From positions 672,001-736,000 of the forward strand of contig CAVTTN010000002.1 of assembly GCA_963737655.1 (NCBI GenBank): a DNA stretch of 64,000 nt, read 5' to 3'. This DNA comes from an uncultured Planctomycetota bacterium. Its GTDB lineage: Bacteria; Planctomycetota; Planctomycetia; Isosphaerales; Isosphaeraceae. Position numbers and translations under genes: made by a program. Position 1 is the stretch's first letter. The number at the start of each line of letters is the position of its first letter. The notes under the pieces are model-generated. The model ran no database searches. It saw only the letters and a program-made list of their open reading frames with translations, and was not told the origin of the DNA. Shown here piece after piece: positions 10,329-19,771 of the stretch.

Positions 10329-11309
10329 ATGCCGCCTCGCGATTACTACGACGTCCTGGGAATCGCCCGGTCCGCCTCGGCCGATGAGGTCAAGAAGGCG
10401 TATCGCAAGCTCGCGCGGCAGCACCATCCGGACGTCAACCCGGGCGACAAGACGGCCGAGGCGAAGTTCAAGGAGGTCCAGAACGCCTACGACGTCCTGG
10501 GCGAGCCGGAGAAGCGGAAGCAGTACGACCAGGTCGGCCACGAGGCGTTCACGTCGTTCGGCGGCTCGGGCCCCCGGGCCGGGGCGTCGGAGTGGGCGGC
10601 CCAGGCGGGGCCGGGATACGAGAACGTCGATTTCTCGCAGTTCTTCGGCGGAGGCGGCGCGGCGGGCCCCGATCTGGGCGAGGGCGGCGGGATCTTCGAG
10701 GACCTCCTGGGCCGGATGAGGGGCGGAGGCGGCCGGGCAGGGCGTCCCCGGGGCCCTCGCCGCGGGCAGGACGTGGAGGCCGAGATCGCCATCCCGTTCG
10801 CCACGGCGGTCCTGGGCGGCGAGACCTCGATCGACCTGGCCCGCGAGGACGGCTCCCGCGAGAGCCTGGTCCTCAAGATCCCGCCGGGCACCGACACCGG
10901 CTCGAAGCTCCGGCTCCGAGGTCGCGGAGGCCCCGGCGAGAAGGGCGCGCCCTCGGGCGACCTGACCATCGAGGTCACGGTCGATCCCCACCCGTTCTTC
11001 CGCCGAGAAGGGAACAACCTGGCGCTGGACTTGCCGATCACCGTCGGCGAGGCGATCCTCGGAGGCAAGGTGGACGTGCCCACGCTCTCCGGGACGACCG
11101 TGAGCCTGGGCGTCCCCCCGGGGAGTTCCTGCGGCCAGAAGCTCCGGGTCCGAGGCCGGGGGGTCCCGGCCCACGGCGGCCAGCCCGACGGCGACCTGTT
11201 CGTCGCCCTGAAGATCGTGGTCCCGAAAACGATCGACGACGAGAGCCGCGAGTTGATCCGCCAGTTCAGCGAGCGCAACCCGTCCCGCCCCCGCGAGGGG
11301 CTCTGGTAG
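10329..11309 (+). CDS. DnaJ-class chaperone without zinc finger (CbpA-like)
   Basis: RDYYDVLG...HPD J-domain; G/F-rich linker; DnaJ C-terminal domain; no CxxCxGxG repeats. Confidence 0.9.
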   Translation: MPPRDYYDVLGIARSASADEVKKAYRKLARQHHPDVNPGDKTAEAKFKEVQNAYDVLGEPEKRKQYDQVGHEAFTSFGGSGPRAGASEWAAQAGPGYENVDFSQFFGGGGAAGPDLGEGGGIFEDLLGRMRGGGGRAGRPRGPRRGQDVEAEIAIPFATAVLGGETSIDLAREDGSRESLVLKIPPGTDTGSKLRLRGRGGPGEKGAPSGDLTIEVTVDPHPFFRREGNNLALDLPITVGEAILGGKVDVPTLSGTTVSLGVPPGSSCGQKLRVRGRGVPAHGGQPDGDLFVALKIVVPKTIDDESRELIRQFSERNPSRPREGLW

Positions 11310-11319
11310 AGACGGCCCC

Positions 11320-11616
11320 ATGACCATCCTCTCCCGAGAGCAGGTCGCCAGTCACCTGAGCGTGCCGACGTCCCTCCTGGTCCGCTACGAGGCCCGGGGA
11401 CTCGTCCGCGTGGCCCGGGACGAGAGGGGTATCGAGGGGTACGAACCGGCCGAGATCCGCCGGGTCTGGTCGGTGGTGAGCCTCCACCGGGACCTCGGCA
11501 TCAATTTGGCCGGGATCGAGGCCATCTTGAAGCTCCGGGCGCAGATCGACGACGTCCACGCCCGGCTCCAGGAGATCACCGACCGGCTCCGCGACGCCCT
11601 GGAGGCCGAGGCATGA
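11320..11616 (+). CDS. MerR-like chaperone modulator (CbpM/HspR-like)
   Basis: YEARGLV...RDLGINLAGIEAILKL; directly after the DnaJ-class gene. Confidence 0.8.
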   Translation: MTILSREQVASHLSVPTSLLVRYEARGLVRVARDERGIEGYEPAEIRRVWSVVSLHRDLGINLAGIEAILKLRAQIDDVHARLQEITDRLRDALEAEA

Positions 11617-11873
11617 ATGAGCCGCGCAAGGACGGCCAGCCGGGCGAGCCGGGCCTCCCTCCATCGGGCCACCCGGGCTCGGGCACCGAGGCCGGCCGGC
11701 GGAGGACGGCCAGGGCCATCGGGATGTTCGCCGGGGTCAGCCTCTCGGGCGTGACCCTGCTCGGGGGGCTGGCGATCTGGCACCTCTCGCGACGGGCCCG
11801 GCTGATCCGGGAGCGGGCCTCGCCCGTGAAGGACGCCCGATGGCCCGAGCTCCCGGACGTCGCGGACTCATGA
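11613..11873 (+). CDS. Small single-TM hypothetical protein
   Basis: ATGA overlaps with both neighbours; hydrophobic stretch AIGMFAGVSLSGVTLLGGLAIW. Confidence 0.6.
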   Translation: MNEPRKDGQPGEPGLPPSGHPGSGTEAGRRRTARAIGMFAGVSLSGVTLLGGLAIWHLSRRARLIRERASPVKDARWPELPDVADS

Positions 11874-12243
11874 CCGCCCAGACCTTCCGCCCTCACGAGC
11901 GAATCCGCGACCCGAAGGACTTCCGTCGGGCGTTCGACCGCAAGCGCTCGGCCTCCGACGACGCCCTGATCGTCTACGCCGTCGAGAACGGCCGCGCCCA
12001 CGCGAGGCTGGGGATCTCGATCTCGAAGAAGAAGGTCAAGACGGCCGTGGCCAGGAACCGGGTCAAGCGGCTCGTCCGCGAGGCGTTCCGCCTGGGCAAG
12101 TCGGAGATCCCGCCGGGGATTGACGTCGTCATCGTCCCGAGAGGACCGTCCCTGACCTTCGATCGCGCGGTCCTCGCCGTGCCCGGCCTCGCCCGGGCCG
12201 CCGCCCGAAGGCTCGACCGCCGCCCCGGGGCCCCCGGCCGTGA
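11870..12243 (+). CDS. rnpA: Ribonuclease P protein component (3' end probably frameshifted in a G/C run)
   Basis: RLGISISKKKVKTAVARNRVKRLVREAFR (RNR motif); likely stop TGA at 12241-12243 is one base out of frame. Confidence 0.88.
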
Positions 12244-12483
12244 TCGCCCGGGTCGTCGGGTCCCTCAGCCGGGCGGTGATTGCGGTCCTGGTGGCGTTCA
12301 TCCGGCTCTACCAGGTCACGCTCAGCCCCTTGCTCGGGCCGATGTGCAGGTTCGAGCCCCTCGTGCAGTCACTACACGGTCGAGGCGCTCCGCAAGTACG
12401 GGGTGATCCGCGGCCTCTGGAAAGGGGCCGGGCGGATCTGCCGATGCAACCCGTGGAACCCCGGCGGATTCGACCCGCCGTGA
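12240..12483 (+). CDS. yidD: Membrane protein insertion efficiency factor, apparent frameshift near 12360
   Basis: [18 protein letters not shown] joined to [13 protein letters not shown]...[16 protein letters not shown]. Confidence 0.88.
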
Positions 12484-12547
12484 TCGCGAGGACGGGAGTG
12501 TCATCCCCGGCGCGCGGAATGCGGTCCAATCCGTCGAGGAACCCGCG

Positions 12548-13279
12548 ATGAGCAACCCCATCACCCGCCTGGTCGAGTGGCTCGGCGGCCACGAGCTGGT
12601 CGTCCTCCTCGGCTCGCTCGTGGTCGTGGCGGGGACGTGGGGCTTCTTCCGGCTCGCCTCGGAGGTCCGCGAGGGGGAGACGCGATCGCTCGACGCCCGC
12701 TTGATCCGCGGCCTCCGCACCGCCGAGGACCCGTCGGTCCCGATCGGCCCCCCGTGGATGGAGGAGGTGGGCCGGGACGTCACGGCCCTGGGATCGGTGA
12801 CCGTGATCGTGATCGTCGGGCTGATCGTGGTCGGCTATCTCGGGCTGGCGGGGAAATATGCGTCGATGGCCTTCGTGTTCACGGCCACGGCGGGAGGGTT
12901 CGCGCTCGCCTCCCTGCTCAAGGGATACTATCGCCGCCCGAGGCCGGAGGTCGTCCCCCACCTGATGAGGGTGTATAATTCCAGCTTCCCGAGCGGCCAT
13001 TCGATGATGGCGGCCGTCGTCTACCTGACGCTCGGGGCCCTCCTGGCCCGGATGACCCGGCGGAGGCGGCTGAGGTTCTATTGCCTGGCCGTCGCCGGCC
13101 TGCTGACGACGATGGTGGGGGTCAGCCGGGTCTTCATGGGCGTCCATTACCCGTCGGACGTCCTGGCCGGGTGGACCGCCGGGCTGGTCTGGGCGACCCT
13201 GTGCTGGCTGGTCGGCCGGCGGCTCCAGAGGCGAGGTCAGATCGAGCCGCCGGGCGACCCGGGAGACGTTCCTTCATGA
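12548..13279 (+). CDS. PAP2-family membrane phosphatase
   Basis: K..Y.RPRP; SFPSGHS; SRVFMGVHYPSDVLAG; several TM segments. Confidence 0.9.
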   Translation: MSNPITRLVEWLGGHELVVLLGSLVVVAGTWGFFRLASEVREGETRSLDARLIRGLRTAEDPSVPIGPPWMEEVGRDVTALGSVTVIVIVGLIVVGYLGLAGKYASMAFVFTATAGGFALASLLKGYYRRPRPEVVPHLMRVYNSSFPSGHSMMAAVVYLTLGALLARMTRRRRLRFYCLAVAGLLTTMVGVSRVFMGVHYPSDVLAGWTAGLVWATLCWLVGRRLQRRGQIEPPGDPGDVPS

Positions 13280-14714
13280 GCGATTCGAGCGATGATCGCG
13301 GCTATCGGTCGTATCGAGGTCTGCCGACCCTCGCCGGCCTCGCCTCCCTGGAAGAGGCCGCGCGCCCGGGCCTGGGGATCGAGGCCGGCGTGGCCCGCCT
13401 GAAGCGATTCCATCACGCCTTCGTCCGGCTCCACGGCACGTTCACCGCCAGGATCACGGCCGAGCCGATCTATGAGCTCAAGACCGGCTTCTCGCACCAC
13501 GCCTACCTCTGCGCCGAGCATGCCGCGAGCCTCCGGACCCGGGTCGGCGAGATGCGCGAGCCCCCCTGGGGCTGGAGGCCGTCCCCCACGAGGGATTGAA
13601 GTCGTTCTTCGACGAGATCCTCGCGGCGCCGACGACGGCCGAGCTCCTCGTCGGGCTGTACGAGAAAGCCCTGCCCGCGCTCGACGACGCCCTCGCCCGG
13701 TTCCTCGCCCAGACGAACCCTCTGGCCGACGCCCCGAGCGTCCGCGTGGCCCGGTTCGCCCGGCTGGAGCTGGCCGACATGATCGAGTTCGGCCGGAAAT
13801 CGATCGCCTGCCTCGTCGATGACGGGTCCCGCGAGGCGATGGCCTCGTGGCTCGCCCTGCTCGACGCCTGCCTCGCCTCGGCCGGCGGCCTGGACGGGGC
13901 CGACGAGCCGTCCGGCTCGCCCATTTCGCCGCGATACTCGGCGACCCCTTACGTCTACGACCCCGTGCCGAGGCGGGACGAGAGGTTCCGCGACCTGTTC
14001 AACCAGGGAGTCAACGCCGAGGCGTTCCTGTACGACCCGAAGTATCCGGACCGGGCCAAGGTCCTCATGATGCTCTTCAAGAGGCTCCGGGAGATCGACG
14101 TCCCGGAGATGATGGCGAGCATCATCGCCCAGACCGAGGGGAAGCCCTGGGGCTACTCTCGCGACATGACCCGCCAGCTCTGGGACGAGGCCCGCCACGC
14201 CATGATGGGCGAGGTCGGCTTCGTGGCCAACGGCGTCGACTGGACCCGGGCCCGGATCACTCACAACTGGTCGCTCCGGCTCAACACCGAATGCTCGCCG
14301 ATCGAGCGCCACGCGGTCCTGTACTTCATCGAGCAGGGCCTCATGAACAAGACGGGCAAGCGGTTCGAGTGGGAGACCGGAGTGCGCTCGGGCGACCCCC
14401 TGGCGGCGACGATCCAGGATTACGACTGGGCCGACGAGGTCCTCCACGCGGCGATCGGCCGGGAGTGGTACGTCCCCCAGTTCGCCCACTGGAAAGAGGC
14501 GCTCGAGTTCGGCGATCGGTGCTGGTCCAAGATCCTGAGCAACTGGGTGGCGGTGAAGGAGCAGGGCCTCACCGATCACGCCAACTGGTGGCCCGAGGTC
14601 TATCGCCAGGCCTGCCGGCGCTGGGGAGTCGAGCCGGACCCCGAGGTCCTTGCCTACGATGAGACGTACGAGGCGAGACGGGCCGACCTGAAGGTCGTGG
14701 CCGCCAGCGGCTGA
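13276..14714 (+). CDS. Ferritin-like (diiron) domain protein, apparent frameshift near 13565
   Basis: Two frames join at a C6 run ([18 protein letters not shown]); WDEARH and ADEVLH ExxH motifs. Confidence 0.65.
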
Positions 14715-14733
14715 GCCGAGACGGAGACGAGCC

Positions 14734-15132
14734 ATGTCCGAGAAGATCGCGAAGACGGACGCCGAGTGGCGCGAGACGCTCTCCCCCGAGCAATATCGCG
14801 TCCTCCGCGAGAAGGGGACCGAACGCGCCTTCACCGGCGTCTACTGGGACGAGACGGGCGAAGGCGTCTACCGATGCGCCGGCTGCGGCCAGGAGCTTTT
14901 CGACTCGGGGACGAAGTTCGACTCCGGCTGCGGCTGGCCGAGCTTCACCGCCCCGAAGGCCGACGACGCGATCGACGAGCACCCGGACCACACCTTCGGG
15001 ATGGTCCGAACCGAGGTCACCTGCCGCCGATGCGGAGGGCACCTCGGCCACGTCTTCCCCGACGGCCCCCGGCCCACCGGCCTCCGCTACTGCATCAACT
15101 CGGCGTCGATCGACCTGGAGAAGAAGGCCTGA
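14734..15132 (+). CDS. msrB: Peptide-methionine (R)-S-oxide reductase
   Basis: [37 protein letters not shown]. Confidence 0.97.
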   Translation: MSEKIAKTDAEWRETLSPEQYRVLREKGTERAFTGVYWDETGEGVYRCAGCGQELFDSGTKFDSGCGWPSFTAPKADDAIDEHPDHTFGMVRTEVTCRRCGGHLGHVFPDGPRPTGLRYCINSASIDLEKKA

Positions 15133-15151
15133 ACCCAGGGGAATATCCGGT

Positions 15152-15189
15152 CGGGTGGCATGCTTACGTCTTCGTAAGCATGCCACCCG
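15152..15189. terminator. 17-bp perfect hairpin between convergent genes (terminator or REP-like)
   Basis: CGGGTGGCATGCTTACG-TCTT-CGTAAGCATGCCACCCG. Confidence 0.6.
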
Positions 15190-15208
15190 GCCGATTCATC
15201 CCGGGCCT

Positions 15209-16156
15209 TCAACCGGGTCCCAGGCCCGTCACGGCTTTCATCTTCGCCAATCCGGTCCGGGCGACGGCCTCGGGGTCTTGCTTCCAGTATTCTCGGTGGA
15301 AAAGCTCCAGCGAAAGATAGCCGCGGAAGCCGATCTTGCGGAGAATTCCGAGGATTTTGGGATAAGGCGCCACGCCATCGCCCGGATACACGCGCTGGGC
15401 GTCGGTGATCTCGCTTCGCGGCGGATTCTCGGGATAATCGTTGGCGTGGATCACGAACATGGCGTCGGGGCCGAGCAGGTGGAGCCCTTCGAGGACGCTC
15501 CCGCCCTTGTAGAAGTGGTAGACGTCTCCCAGGACGCACGCCGACGGATGGTCGCTCTCCATCGCCACGAACACGGCGTCCGAAAGCTTGCCGAGGGTCT
15601 TGGAGAACCCCCAGACCTCGACCTGCGGCACGACCTTCTCGGCGTCTCCGATTTCGAGCAACGCACGATACCGCTCGGCGATCCGGCGGAGGTCCAGGTC
15701 GGCGCGATCGGTGGCCCCGGTGGGGGGTGCGGCGATCCGCGTCCCGCCGATCTTGCGGACCTTCTCCATGTCCTTCCGGGCCTGCTCCAGGGCCTTCGCC
15801 CTCTTGGACGGATCGTCCACGACCCAATCGAAAAAGCCGATCGCCGAGGGGATCGCCAGGCCGAGGTCCTGGGCCTTCTTGCCGAGGTCGTCGAGCGAGC
15901 CTCCCCCGGCGACGTGCTCATCCAGCTCGCGAATCCACGGCTCGACGGCCGAATACCCGGCCCTGGCGGCGATTTCCAGGACCTTCGCGATCGGCAGCTT
16001 CTGCCCGGAGATCGTGCTGGTATTCAGGCAGAACTGGATCGCGTCGGGCCCAGGAGGAGGGCTGGCCTCGGCCTTGACGGCTTCTCCGAGGAAGGCGCCG
16101 GCGGCCAGGGCGGCGGGTCCGGTGGCGATCAGGTTTCGGCGGGAGATTCGGGACAT
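15209..16156 (-). CDS. Sugar phosphate isomerase/epimerase (xylose isomerase-like TIM barrel), Tat-exported
   Basis: SRRNLI twin-arginine signal; DVYHFYKG; HANDYP; RVYPGDG; SLELF. Confidence 0.85.
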   Translation of the reverse strand: MSRISRRNLIATGPAALAAGAFLGEAVKAEASPPPGPDAIQFCLNTSTISGQKLPIAKVLEIAARAGYSAVEPWIRELDEHVAGGGSLDDLGKKAQDLGLAIPSAIGFFDWVVDDPSKRAKALEQARKDMEKVRKIGGTRIAAPPTGATDRADLDLRRIAERYRALLEIGDAEKVVPQVEVWGFSKTLGKLSDAVFVAMESDHPSACVLGDVYHFYKGGSVLEGLHLLGPDAMFVIHANDYPENPPRSEITDAQRVYPGDGVAPYPKILGILRKIGFRGYLSLELFHREYWKQDPEAVARTGLAKMKAVTGLGPG

Positions 16157-16365
16157 CGCGGACGGGCCTCGGTGCGTCGATGACGTCGAAGGCCGCATCG
16201 TACCCGACGATCCCCGGGATTTCGAGTCGCCAGGCCCTCCGAAATGGCCGTGGCGCCGACCCGGGAAACCTCGGTGGAAACTCCGACCGCCGGAGGCTAG
16301 AATCAAGAATCATTCTCGATTCCCGGCCCCAGTCCGGCCGGGATCGCTCCGCCCGATCGCAAAGG

Positions 16366-16872
16366 ATGCCGGCCGTGGCCGAACCGTCCTCGCTCCGACC
16401 GATCCCGTCGGCGGCCCCTCCCGAGGAGAAGTTCCGGGAGTTCCTGGAGATCCGGGGCGAGAAGCTGACCGAGCCTCGCCGGATCTTGATCCGCCACATC
16501 TTCGATTCCCACAAGCACTTCGACGCCGACGAACTCGTGGCCGACCTCCTCGCCGCCGGCCGGAAGGTCAGCCGGGCGACGGTCTATCGGACGCTTCGGC
16601 TGCTGGTCGAGGCCGGGCTCCTCCGCGAGCTCCGCCTGACCAACCGCACCGCCTACGAGCACGACCACGGCTACCCCTCGCACGACCATTTGCACTGCAC
16701 CGAGTGCAACGCGATCATCGAGTTCAGCAACGAGGAGGTCCGCCGGCTCCGGGAATCGGTCAGCCGGGACCACGGATTCCGGGCGATGGGGCACCGGTTC
16801 ATCGTCTCGGGGGTCTGCGCCGCATGCAGCCGGGCCAGGAGCTCGCCGAGGCGCCGGCTGGACCTGATCTGA
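16366..16872 (+). CDS. Fur-family transcriptional regulator
   Basis: HFDADEL; SRATVYRTL; HDHLHCTEC; C-terminal CAAC. Confidence 0.92.
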   Translation: MPAVAEPSSLRPIPSAAPPEEKFREFLEIRGEKLTEPRRILIRHIFDSHKHFDADELVADLLAAGRKVSRATVYRTLRLLVEAGLLRELRLTNRTAYEHDHGYPSHDHLHCTECNAIIEFSNEEVRRLRESVSRDHGFRAMGHRFIVSGVCAACSRARSSPRRRLDLI

Positions 16873-16874
16873 TC

Positions 16875-16972
16875 GCCGAGCGGCCAAGCTCAGCGGACCC
16901 ACACTGCCGAGTAAACCACGTAGCGATGCACGCGCCGCGGCGGTGCGGGGTCCGCTCCAGCAAAGGTTAGCC
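16875..16972 (-). mobile_element. attC-like integron cassette recombination site (degenerate R')
   Basis: Minus strand, 3 nt after the stop of 16976-17452: GGCTAAC (R'')...GCTGGAGCGGACCC...GGGTCCGCTGAGC...GCTCGGC (R', GTT changed to GCT). Confidence 0.65.
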
Positions 16973-16975
16973 CAC

Positions 16976-17452
16976 CTATTCCAGCACCTTGAGGGCAACC
17001 CGCGAGCAATCCGGGAGGCCCCGCAACTGGTCGTGGATCGAGCCGCATGCGCCCAGATAATCGGGGATCGTCAGAATTCGGCAATTCTTGACGCTGTATC
17101 GGCCGCCCAGGACGGGGGGCACCTTGAAACCGTAGCATTGGCCGGCTTGCAACACCATGCCCGACGCCACCAGTTCGTCGACGAGCGGGATGGCTAGCCA
17201 CAGCGATGCGTTGTCCTCCTCGTCGATTAGCCGGCCGAAGTGCTCGCGGTCATCCGCGAGCTTCTTTAACGATCCGGCCCCGACGTCCAGCATGTGGACC
17301 GCGCCATCGGGCGTGACGATGAATAGGTCGCAAAGGCGGTTGACCAGCCAGAGCGTGAACTCTCGCGGGATCAGCCAGGACCAGACAGGGAGGGCCGCCG
17401 GCCAGTCAACGCCGGCGTGGTCGATCAGGTAGTCGTGGATCGAGGTGGCCAC
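16976..17452 (-). CDS. DUF1851/Tdi1-like polymorphic-toxin immunity protein
   Basis: DLFIV..DG.VH.LDVG.G.L and GQCYGFKVPPVLGG.Y...N motifs as recalled for this family; codon usage looks less GC-biased than neighbours. Confidence 0.7.
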   Translation of the reverse strand: MATSIHDYLIDHAGVDWPAALPVWSWLIPREFTLWLVNRLCDLFIVTPDGAVHMLDVGAGSLKKLADDREHFGRLIDEEDNASLWLAIPLVDELVASGMVLQAGQCYGFKVPPVLGGRYSVKNCRILTIPDYLGACGSIHDQLRGLPDCSRVALKVLE

Positions 17453-17506
17453 CAGGTCTCCGCCGCTGTTCTGAAAATGGGCTCAATCGGCTCGCCCAAT
17501 CGCCGA

Positions 17507-17578
17507 CTATTTGACCACTTTCATGGTTTCAGGGTGCCGCTCGCAGCATGACGACCAATCCTTGAATCGATCGGTCAT
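17507..17578 (-). pseudogene. Possible truncated DUF433-like N-terminal remnant
   Basis: MTDRFKDWSSCCERHPETM...; GGAG RBS and ATGA overlap with the upstream toxin stop; ends after 23 codons. Confidence 0.35.
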
Positions 17579-17944
17579 CGCGACTCCTCCGGATCGGGAC
17601 TGGGCCGGCTGGGTTGGCCGATCTCGACGAGGGCTTCGCCATGTTCGAGGAGCCGGATCGCGTCGAAGAGCACCCCGGACAGGATCTCCCGAAGCCGCGC
17701 GTTGGAGGTATTTCCGCAAGTGAGCCAGAGAACCCCGGGAGGCGCCCAGGCGTTGCAGCAACTCGACGAAGTCGCTGTCCTTCGTCATGACCACGGCCCC
17801 GGCTACTCGGGCCGAGTGAAAAATGTCCGGGTCGAGGGCGTCACGCAGTCCGATGTCGCGGACCGCCCGACATTCGATCCCGAAGGTCGCTTCAATCCAA
17901 GGGGCGATGGAAGGCGAAAGCTGGGCGTCCAGCCAGAGGATCAT
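17575..17944 (-). CDS. DUF5615 PIN-like toxin (VapC45-like), apparent frameshift near 17740
   Basis: MILWLDAQLSP...GLRDA.D..IF...VVMTKDSDF, then VLWLTCGNTSN in the shifted frame. Confidence 0.8.
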
Positions 17945-18165
17945 GCGACGAGGATCGGGTGACTGACCCGACGGCTCGCGAACCGGAGGCACGCGCGAAC
18001 GTCCTCCGGTTCCAGGTCGGGTAGCTCCTCCACGACTTGCTCGGTGGTGAGGCCATTGGCGAGCAAGTCGAGGACGTCGCTGACGCGAATCCGCATCCCT
18101 CGGATGCAGGGCTTCCCGCCGCATTGTTGCGGATCGATGGAAATTCGGTCGTCGATGTCGCGCAT
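17941..18165 (-). CDS. DUF433 antitoxin
   Basis: RISIDPQQCGGKPCIRGMRIRVSDVLDLLA.G...LPDLE.EDVRACL; overlaps the toxin start. Confidence 0.9.
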   Translation of the reverse strand: MRDIDDRISIDPQQCGGKPCIRGMRIRVSDVLDLLANGLTTEQVVEELPDLEPEDVRACLRFASRRVSHPILVA

Positions 18166-18211
18166 GTTTCGCGGGCCCCGAGACGGATTTCGTCGGTACG
18201 AGTCCTTCATT

Positions 18212-19657
18212 TTACCGGGGCCACACTTTCATCGCGATCGGGAACAGGGCCACCGCCGCGATCGCCAGGAAGGCGAGCCAGGTCAGGAGGTCGGAAAGCT
18301 TCGACGGGCCGACCTTCGGGTCGATGTCGCGATAGCGGAAATACAGGGTCGCCCCGGCGATCAGCGGGAGCATCAACCCCTGGGCCACCCCGCCGACGGT
18401 GATCAGGAACAGGGGCTCGCGGAACGCCAGGAACAGGGCGAGCGAGAACAGCGGGTAGATCACGCAGAAGACCTTGACCGTCCTCTCGCGATCGGCCGGA
18501 GTGGGCTGAGGGACGAACCCCGCCAGCTTGAGGAAATCGGCGGTCAGGCGGCTGTTGGCGGCCGTGGCCACGTACAGCGTCTTGAACAAGACGGCGCACG
18601 CCCCGGCCAGGAAGAACGGCCTGGCCCAGCGTCCCAAAGCGGCTTCGTACATATGAGAAAGAATACTGATCATCCCCGGCCCGTTCAATTGCTTCTCCGT
18701 GATCGCGCCGGCCCTCCACTGCGCGTTCAGGACGGCCGCGCCCATGAAATAGAATGCCACCGTGGCCAGGGTGAAGACGACCATGCTGAACCACGCATCG
18801 ACCTGCATCACGCGCAACCACCCCCGGGCCCGGCGATACCAGCCCTCGGAGTCGTCCTTCGGCCCGACCGACCTCGCGTATCCCTTCTCGATGCACCAGT
18901 ACGGATAGGCGAACAATTCGCTCGCGCCGACCCCGGTGATCCCGAACGCCGAGAACGCCAGCGCGAGCGATTCCTTCGAGTCCGGCAGGCGGAACTTCAG
19001 GCCCGAGGCGATGTCGCCCCACCGGATCGGCAAGCGCAACGCGCCGAGGACCGTGACCGCCGTGACCAGCGCCACGAGGACCGTGGTGATCCTCTCCAGC
19101 CTCTTGTAGCCGCCGGTCAGCAGCAGGGCGATGGCCGCGAAGCACGTGACGGCCGCCCAGAACGGCTCGCTCGCGGTGATCCCCGAGGCGGTCGTGGAGT
19201 CTCCGTGGATCGCCATGATCGCCGCCTGGCCCACCAGCCCTTCCATCGACGCGAGCTGGCCGTTGGTGGCGAGCATCATGAACAGCCAGAGCCAGCAGAG
19301 CCATGACGTCCCGAGCCGGGGGCCGGGCAGGGTGTCCAGCGCCGCGAGGGTCGTCTTGCCCTTCGTGACGGCGTGCCGGCCCATCTCGACCTGGACGAAC
19401 ACCTTGATCACGCAGCTCAGGAGGATCAGCCAGAGGAGGACGAACCCTTGCTGGGCCCCCAGGGCCGTCGTGTTGACCAGCTCGCCCGTGCCGACGATCG
19501 ACGCCGCCAGGATCAGCCCGGGGCCGATCTGCCCGAGCGTCTTGAGGAGCGAGGTCGGCGGATCCTGGATGTGGTGATGCGTGAGCGCGTAGATGTCCAG
19601 GTGGGCCGAGCCCTCCTGGTCGGACACCACGAGCGGTTCATCGACGGGTTCGTTCAT
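18212..19657 (-). CDS. Nramp-like / APC-superfamily membrane transporter
   Basis: IGPGLILAASIVGTGEL; about 11 hydrophobic segments. Confidence 0.8.
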   Translation of the reverse strand: MNEPVDEPLVVSDQEGSAHLDIYALTHHHIQDPPTSLLKTLGQIGPGLILAASIVGTGELVNTTALGAQQGFVLLWLILLSCVIKVFVQVEMGRHAVTKGKTTLAALDTLPGPRLGTSWLCWLWLFMMLATNGQLASMEGLVGQAAIMAIHGDSTTASGITASEPFWAAVTCFAAIALLLTGGYKRLERITTVLVALVTAVTVLGALRLPIRWGDIASGLKFRLPDSKESLALAFSAFGITGVGASELFAYPYWCIEKGYARSVGPKDDSEGWYRRARGWLRVMQVDAWFSMVVFTLATVAFYFMGAAVLNAQWRAGAITEKQLNGPGMISILSHMYEAALGRWARPFFLAGACAVLFKTLYVATAANSRLTADFLKLAGFVPQPTPADRERTVKVFCVIYPLFSLALFLAFREPLFLITVGGVAQGLMLPLIAGATLYFRYRDIDPKVGPSKLSDLLTWLAFLAIAAVALFPIAMKVWPR

Positions 19658-19771
19658 GGTCGGCGGGCCGATCGCGGAGGGGAGGGAGAGTCCGCGGCCC
19701 ATGTTAGGGGGCGTTTCGGCCGAATGCCAGGACGTAGCGGCCGGCATTCCGCGCCCCACATTCGGTGCCGT

